Shown piece after piece: positions 55,917 through 64,000 of a DNA stretch of 64,000 nt. A model generated the notes under the pieces. The model was not told the DNA's origin. It saw only the letters and a program-made list of their open reading frames with translations, and ran no database searches. Position numbers and translations under genes: made by a program. The stretch comes from Octopus vulgaris (taxonomy: Eukaryota): positions 9,672,001 to 9,736,000 of the forward strand of contig OX597840.1 in assembly GCA_951406725.2 (NCBI GenBank), given 5' to 3'. Every line of letters starts with the position of its first letter. Positions within the stretch are counted from its first letter, which is position 1.

Positions 55917-57356
55917 GTGTTGGTGGTGGTGATGGTGGTGGTGGTGGTGGTGGTGGTGGTGGTGGTGGTGGTGGTGGTGGTGGTGGTGGTGGTGGTGGTG
56001 GTGATTGTTATTATTATTATTATTATTATTATCGAAAAGCAGAAGGACGGTGCATTGGGCCCCCTTGTTGCGGGGGACCTTAAGACAAGTGGAAAGACGA
56101 AGGGAACGTCACCCTCCTGAAAGTGAAAAACCTGGTCTGAAACCACCACTCCGCCCAACATGGCTGATTCGGCTGAGTGCACCTTGGAGTCAGGAGCTTT
56201 CAGAGGGAGTTATGCAGAGCTACATTTGATGGCCACCTCAGTCGATCAGACTCTCCACACAGTGTCTGTCTGTTTGTATGTATGTTTGTTCTGTCCACGG
56301 AAAGCTACAGATAAGGGTTTGGTTGTCCTGGGGTCGTGAGGGAACGCACACGGTCCAGGAGGTACCGAGCGCTAGGATTGAACCAGAAACGACGTCTTGG
56401 CAACATCGCAGCTCTTGAAGAACGACATTCATCGGTCAGAAGGACTCAAAGATGATCTGGAACACAACAACAACAAAAGCAACAACACCGATGTCGACGA
56501 TGACGGCGGCGCTGACAATAACATAAGCTAACAAGGAAGTCCGTATCTGACCATTTGACTTACAAGAAATAGCAGTCAAATCTCCTGAAATTTCATCATG
56601 TCTATTTTAAAAAATGATGGGGAGATCTGGTCGTGTTTGGAACGTCTATAATGGTGGGTTAGATTGTTATTGACTGAATCTGAGGTTAAAGAACAACAAT
56701 AACAACAACAAAAACAGCACATGGTTATTTTGCTAAAAATAGCAGCAAAAGTTTCCTCAAAACGCTACTGTCTTTAAAAAAAATGTAGGTCACGGTGGAC
56801 AGAATTGTCTTTGACGTGCAAAAAAATGTGATGGTCACAACTGAAGCGTCTTTAACCATGCCTTAATGATCATAGCTGCCATGGGGTACATGGGGTACGC
56901 AAAGATGACTTCGGGTGTGAAACTGTACCGGTTCTGTCGGCAAGTGCAAAGAAGAACCGTGTTGGTCCGATGTGAAACCAGCTTCTGTCTGTCTGTCTGT
57001 CTGTCGGTTGGTCTGTCGGTCGGTCGGTCGTTCCGTCTGTCTGTCGGTGTGTCTGTCTGTCGGTTTCTTCCTCTGTAAACACACACATTGTAACACTTCT
57101 CTCACACATACTTCTCTCTCTCTTACTCCTTTGTATACATCAGTCAGTCTCTCCGCCTCTCTCTCTCTCTCTCTGTTTCTGTCTCTGTCTCTGTCTCTCT
57201 CTCTGTCTTTGTCTCTCTCTCTGTCTCTCTCTGTCTCTCTCTTCTCTCTCTGTTTCTGTCTCTCTCTCTCCCTCTCTCTCTGTCTCTGTCACTCTCTGCC
57301 TCTCTCTGTTTCTGTCTCTCTCTCCCCCTCTCTCTCTGTCTCTGTCTGTCTGTCTG

Positions 57357-57403
<47 letters not shown>

Positions 57404-58023
57404 TTGTGCCTAGCACCAACGATCGTACGATCACAGAAACATATAAACATGCAACATAGATGTGTGTATGATAGAGTGACAGAATGGGAGAGAGAGAAAG
57501 AGAGAGAGACAGAGAGACAGAGAGAGAAAGAAAGAGAGAAAGAGAGACACCGAGAGGAGAAGGGAGGATAGAACTACTAAAGACCACACGCACACACACA
57601 CACACAAACACAAACACACACACACTGAGTCAAACACACACACACTGAGTCAAACACACACAAACACGCGTCATGCATTAGAAGGTGTGTCACATCCTTG
57701 TGACAACCGGCCAATCACAACTCTGTGCCTGTGTGTCAAACAAACCACGGATGAATATGAAAATAATGTTGCGACACAATAATTAATACAGGTGGGTGTA
57801 ACAACCGCTTCAATGTGTCACGGATGTGACACCGCATCAGGCGCAGTGAGGGAGAGAGAGAGAGAACACTTAGATATGGTGTGACACCGTTGTGGCATTA
57901 TGAGATAGTGTGATACAAAAGTATATGCAGTTGTGACACGAGATATGATAGAGGTTGATGGTGTAACATCTACTTGGGCAAATTCGGTACACAATTACTA
58001 TGTTGAGTCAGACATTGGGTGCT

Positions 58024-58099
<76 letters not shown>

Positions 58100-58155
58100 T
58101 ATACGTATACATACATGCAAACGTACATACATACATACATACATACATACATACA

Positions 58156-58189
<34 letters not shown>

Positions 58190-58313
58190 CGTGTGAGTAT
58201 ATGTATGTATATACATATGGATATGTATATATACGTGTGTGAGTGTGTGTGTGTGTGTGTTTGTATGTATGTATAGTTCTATCTATCTGTCTGATTATCT
58301 ATCTATCTATCTA

Positions 58314-58358
<45 letters not shown>

Positions 58359-58450
58359 TTATATATATATATGTTATGTGTGTATATATATATATACATA
58401 TCATGTGTGTGTAGAATATATATGTATATATGCATATATATATATATATA

Positions 58451-58536
<86 letters not shown>

Positions 58537-58930
58537 GTATATGTATGTATATACATATAGATATACATACATGTATAGTTGTATCTATCTATCTATATAT
58601 ACATATATATATGTATGTATATATATATATATTATGTATACATATATATATATATGTCATGTTTGTGTTTATATATATGTCATGTGTATGTATGTGTGTG
58701 TACACACACACACACACACACACACATAATCGTGCTGTCACGCATGATATCATGATAGGTTAATGGTGTAACATCTACCTCAGATAGCATGTTACACATT
58801 AGTAACAACATACATACACACACACACACATACATACATACATACATACATACATACAGACATACATACATATATATATATATGTATGTATAAATTCCTC
58901 TACATATTATCGAGTCTCATTCTTTTGTTA

Positions 58931-59038
<108 letters not shown>

Positions 59039-59454
59039 TAATATATATGTGTGTTTGTGTGTGTGTGTGTGTATACATATATGTGAGAGTATGTGTATAG
59101 CTATGCCACTAGAAAAATATACGACGGTTTAACGCACGTGTGCCATACAATACGCATTTATATACATATACGCAGACACAAATACAAGATGTATGTTACT
59201 AAGTGTATCACACTTGGTAACATAAAACAGCGTGACACATTTGTAACAGAAATCAGACACATACACAGTCCCAAATGCCTACAGTCACATGTATAACAGA
59301 GGCATGTCATACAACTGTAATACAAGAATACACAACACAAACACCACGTACGTACACCCGCCGATACACATGGGTACAGTGACAGGGGTTATACAGAACG
59401 TGATGCAACAATTATTATTATTGATATGTGAGTGTGTGCTTGTGTGTGTGTGTG

Positions 59455-59486
59455 GCACAAATGTAACGCATACACACACCAATACA

Positions 59487-59520
<34 letters not shown>

Positions 59521-59632
59521 TGTGTGTGTGTGTGTGGCACAAATGTAACACAGACACACACCAATACATAAGTGTGTGTGTGTGTGTGTGTGTGTGTGTA
59601 GCACAAATGTAACGCATACACACACCAATACA

Positions 59633-59672
<40 letters not shown>

Positions 59673-59926
59673 TGTGTGTGTGTGTGTGCACAAATGTAAC
59701 ACAGACACACACCAATACATAAGTGTGTGTGTGTGTGTGTGTGTGTGTGTAGCACAAATGTAACGCATACACACACCAATACATAAGTGTGTGTGTGTGT
59801 ATGTGTGTGTGTGTGTGTGTGTAGCACAAATGTAACACATACACACACCAATACATAAGTGTGTGTGTGTGTGTGTCTGTGTGTGTGTGTGTGTCTGTGT
59901 GTGTGTGTGTGTCTGTGTGTGTGTGT

Positions 59927-59965
<39 letters not shown>

Positions 59966-59997
59966 ACAAATGTAACACATACACACACCATACACAA

Positions 59998-60000
<3 letters not shown>
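59455..60000. repeat. Minisatellite: ~35-bp constant block + variable (TG)n spacer, 7 copies
   Basis: CACAAATGTAAC(G/A)CA(T/G)ACACACACCAATACA(C/T)AAG at ~59456, 59538, 59602, 59688, 59753, 59825 and 59965. Confidence 0.9.
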
Positions 60001-60035
<35 letters not shown>

Positions 60036-60224
60036 CAAGCTGTGGTGTGTATATAGGAGCGATACAACAAGTTGTACGTACATCGCGTAGTGTTGCAATA
60101 TCGGATGCGAATCATAAACTGTTAAGGCACAACCATACATGCGTGCACACACGCACACAGCCGACAATATACACGTGTGCATACGCATATATATATATAT
60201 ATAGACACATACACACACACACAG

Positions 60225-60268
<44 letters not shown>

Positions 60269-60269
60269 T

Positions 60270-60662
60270 TATTCTTTTATTTGTTTTTGTCATTTGACTG
60301 CGGCAATGCTGGAGCACTGCCTTTATAGTCGAACAAATCGATCCTAGGACTTATTCTTTGTAAACCAAGTACTTATTCCATCGATCTCATTTGCCGAACC
60401 GCTAAGTGACGGGGATGTAAACACACCACCATCGGTTGTCAACGATGGTGGGGGTGAACAAAAATACACACACACACACACACACATATATGTTTATATA
60501 TATACAACGGGCTTCTTTCAGTTTCCGTCTACCAAATCCACTCACAAGGCTTTGGTCGGCCCGAGGCTATAGTAGAAGACACTTGCCCAAGGTGCCACGC
60601 AGTGGGACTGAACCCAGAACCATGTGGCTGGTAAGCAAGCTACTTACCACACATCAACTCCT
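60270..60662 (-). mobile_element. SINE family A, full length
   Basis: Consensus match. Confidence 0.88.
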
Positions 60663-60663
60663 T

Positions 60664-60747
<84 letters not shown>

Positions 60748-61095
60748 ATATATATGTATATATATGAACGTGCGTATGTGTATAGTAGTGACACATGGAG
60801 TTATAATAAAGAATGTAACGATATGACAAGAGGTATGTTACACACACATCGATACACATGTAAACATATATAAATGTATGTATAGTGACATATATATATA
60901 ATGTGTATATATATATGCATATATACATATATGCGTGTGTAGTAATATATATGTACATATATATTATACTGTGTATTGTATATATAATATAATATATAAT
61001 ATTATATTATATATATATGTGTGTGTGTGTGTATGTATGTAGCTGTGACACAAGTAGTAACAAGAGAGAATGTGACGTGATGGTGTGACACTTAC

Positions 61096-61203
61096 TTTGG
61101 GAGGTATGTTACACAGTTGTAACACCAAGACGGCCGCCAATAATGATATCCAATCGTACTCCATCGAATCTGGCCAGCAATAGTTGAACGTTGCAGGTTT
61201 CAT
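61096..61203 (-). CDS. Candidate first coding exon with signal peptide (MKPATFNYCWPDS-MEYDWISLLAAVLVLQLCNIPPK), secreted or membrane protein
   Basis: Unique island with in-frame ATGs at 61203 and 61164, hydrophobic core ISLLAAVLVLQLC and a perfect phase-0 donor AAA|GTAAGT (61095-61090). A possible acceptor ctcaccaccttccaAG lies at 61209-61210. Confidence 0.6.
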
Positions 61204-61229
61204 GAAGGCTTGGAAGGTGGTGAGAGAGA

Positions 61230-61698
61230 GAGAGAGAGAGTGTGGCGGTTGTGGCGGTGGCGGTAGTAGCGGTGGTGGTGGCTGTGATGGTGAGGGACTG
61301 TTGTGTGGTGGGGGTTCTGGCGGAGGGAGGGTGGGGCCCAATGTTAAACAGAAACTGAGCTGAAAGAGAGAGAGAGAGAGAGAGAGAGCAAAGGAGAGCA
61401 AATGAGAGAGAGAGAGAGACGTAGAGTTTTCACTGAAGGTGTGAGTTCTGCTTGGTTGATAAGTGACTGGCGACGGCGGGGGAGGCGGAGGCGGAGGCGA
61501 CGGTGGAGGCGGTGGAGGGTGGTGGCGGTGGTGGAGGGTGGGGTGGGAGGCGTTTGTTTTCTTTTTTTTTTTTTGTTGCTGTTGTTGTTGTTGTTGTTAT
61601 TGGTGGTTGTGGTGGTGGTTGTGGTGATGTTGATAATTGTGGGATAGGCTATGTCGGGATAGTGGGGTACTGGGATAGTAGCAGCAGTAGTGGTGGTG

Positions 61699-61731
<33 letters not shown>

Positions 61732-61810
61732 ATAGTGGTGGTAGTAGTTGTAGTAGTAGTAGTAGTGGTAGTAGTAGTTGTTGTTGTTTGTAGTGGTGGT
61801 GGTGGGGGAG

Positions 61811-61854
<44 letters not shown>

Positions 61855-62076
61855 GGTGGTGGTGGTGGTGGTAGTAGTAATAGTAGTAATTGTTGTTGTA
61901 GCGGTGGCAGTAGTAGTAGTAGTAGTTGTTGTTGTTGTTGGCAGTGGTGGTGGTGGTGGTGGTGTTAGTGGTTTAGGTTGGTGTGTTTACACCGCTTTTG
62001 TAGGCGGCAGAATTGCTGCTGCTGCTACTACTACTACTACTAATTGCTGGTGTTGTTGTTGCAGCAGCAGCAGTAA

Positions 62077-62118
<42 letters not shown>

Positions 62119-62411
62119 CTACAGCAGCAGCAGCAGCAGCAGCAGGAGCAGGAAGAGTAGCAGCAACAGGGATCTTTCTCGATAGATGCAGGTGCTCGTT
62201 TCTCTGTTGCGTAGCCCCAGATCAGAAGAAAATATGTTCTAACATAATCCAACCGGGACCATCTCTCCTTTGTTCTTTTTCTTATATATTATTCCAAGCT
62301 GGCCTTTTTTCTTTTTATTCTAGTTTCGCTTTCGATGAGGGAGATTCAGGCGTCATTTCTCGCGGACCGAGCGGCTACGTTGAGGTTCCACCGTTGCTGC
62401 AGGCTCTTATT

Positions 62412-62442
<31 letters not shown>

Positions 62443-62830
62443 TTGTTACTGCTGCTGTGGCTACTGCTGCTGCTAGTGATGCAGATATTGTTGTTGTTGT
62501 TGTTGTTCCCGATGATGTTCGTTGCTGTTGCTTCTGAGGTTGTTGTTGTTGTTGTTTTTTGTTGTTGTTGTTCTTGTTGCTGCTGGTGGTGGTGGTGGTG
62601 GTGGTGGTGGTAGTGGTGGTGGTGGTGGTGGTGGTGGTTGTGGTGGTGGTGGTTGTGGTGGTGGTGAAGCGGTGGTTGTGGCGGTGGTGGTGGTGGTGGT
62701 GGTGGTGGTGGTGGTGGTGGTGGTGGTGGTGGTGGTGGTGGTGGTGGAGGTTTTTGTTGTTGCTGCTGTAGTTGCTGTCGCCGCTGATGGTCGGTGGTGA
62801 TGGTGGTAGTTGTAGTAGTAACGGTCACAC
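61230..62830 (-). other. Triplet-repeat-rich region with unique GC-richer islands, possible 5'UTR/promoter of the minus-strand gene
   Basis: TE-free stretch of CAG/CAA/CAC/CTA repeats directly upstream of the signal-peptide exon; minus-strand frames are interrupted by stops. Confidence 0.3.
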
Positions 62831-62847
62831 ACACATGTATGTGTGCG

Positions 62848-62907
<60 letters not shown>

Positions 62908-62934
62908 GAGACAGAGAGAGATAGACAGGTAGAT

Positions 62935-62981
<47 letters not shown>

Positions 62982-63102
62982 CAGAGACAGAGAGAGAGAG
63001 AGAGAGATAGGAATAGAGATAGCCAGTGGGCCAACCAGACAGCCAGCCAGACAGACAGGCAGAGATACTGACAAACAGACATACATACAGATAGATAGAT
63101 AG

Positions 63103-63234
<132 letters not shown>

Positions 63235-63399
63235 GGATAGATAGATAGATAGATAGATAGATAACTTTCTTTATTGGCACACAGGGCTGAACACGGGGGG
63301 GGGACAAATATAGATGGATAGACAGATAGACAGACATGCAGACAGATAGATGCAAAGAGAGAGATAATGTTCATATATATCTATGGATGTGTATGTATG

Positions 63400-63455
<56 letters not shown>

Positions 63456-63504
63456 TTTGTACTTGTTTCAGTCATTTGACTGCGGCCATAGCACCGCCTT
63501 TAGA

Positions 63505-63670
63505 GTGGTGAAAGAGTACAGCAGGGATCACCACCATCCCCTGCCGGAGCCTCGTGGAGCTTTTAGGTGTTTTCGCTCAATAAACACACACAACGCCCGG
63601 TCTGGGAATCGAAACCGCGATCCTCCGACCGCAAGTCCGCTGCCCTAACCACTCGGCCATTGCGCCTCCA
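63505..63670 (-). mobile_element. SINE family C head/body, 3'-truncated, joined to a SINE A tail fragment (63460-63500)
   Basis: Consensus match. Confidence 0.82.
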
Positions 63671-63878
63671 CATATATATATATATATATACAAAAAGCAA
63701 TAAAGATTCAAGTTAATTTAAATGAATTTACTTGAATATGGTACCTAACTTAGATGCACCAAAAAAAACTATACATGTGTGTATGCATATATATATGAAT
63801 ATATTTCGATCAAGTAATAGAGTTTTTGACAAGAAGATAATAACACCCAACATTACTTTGTTATATATATATATATAT

Positions 63879-64000
63879 AGGCGTAGGAGTGGCTGTGTGG
63901 TAAGTAGCTTGCTTACGAACCACATGGTTCCGGGTTCAGTCCCACTGCGTGGCACCTTGGGCAAGTGTCTTCTACTATAGCCTCGGGCTGACCAAAGCCT
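63879..64000 (+). mobile_element. SINE family A head (cut by window end)
   Basis: Consensus match. Confidence 0.9.

Noticed and set aside
59455-60000. CRISPR-like repeat-spacer array
   Set aside because: Spacers are (TG)n rather than unique, the context is eukaryotic, and there are no cas genes.
62013-62537. 174-aa plus-strand ORF with hydrophobic runs
   Set aside because: Non-ATG start, and the hydrophobic runs come from GTT/GTA/GCT triplet repeats.

Overview
AT-rich, microsatellite-saturated animal genomic DNA. It is very probably from an octopus or other coleoid cephalopod, inferred from the SINE families and the (TA)n/(TACA)n/(TAGA)n/triplet load. Nearly all ORFs in the supplied track are translations of simple repeats. 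The window is dominated by four kinds of repeat. (1) Several tRNA-derived SINE families: family A has a CORE-like domain, family B forms head-to-tail ~184-bp multimers inside single target-site duplications, and family C/D carries one head with four alternative 3' tails. (2) Two non-autonomous Helitrons with a shared 3' end. (3) Mariner/hAT-type remnants and hairpin MITEs. (4) Many short Penelope-like fragments lodged in (TA)n tracts; these carry minimal type I hammerhead-ribozyme folds, several in fold-back (palindromic) arrangements. A few candidate minus-strand exons are visible: a signal-peptide exon at 61096-61203 with a perfect GTAAGT donor, weaker candidates at ~49.1 kb and ~46.7 kb, and a possible terminal exon at 22298-22515. 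These suggest most of the window is intronic to one or more large minus-strand genes whose identity I cannot determine from sequence alone.
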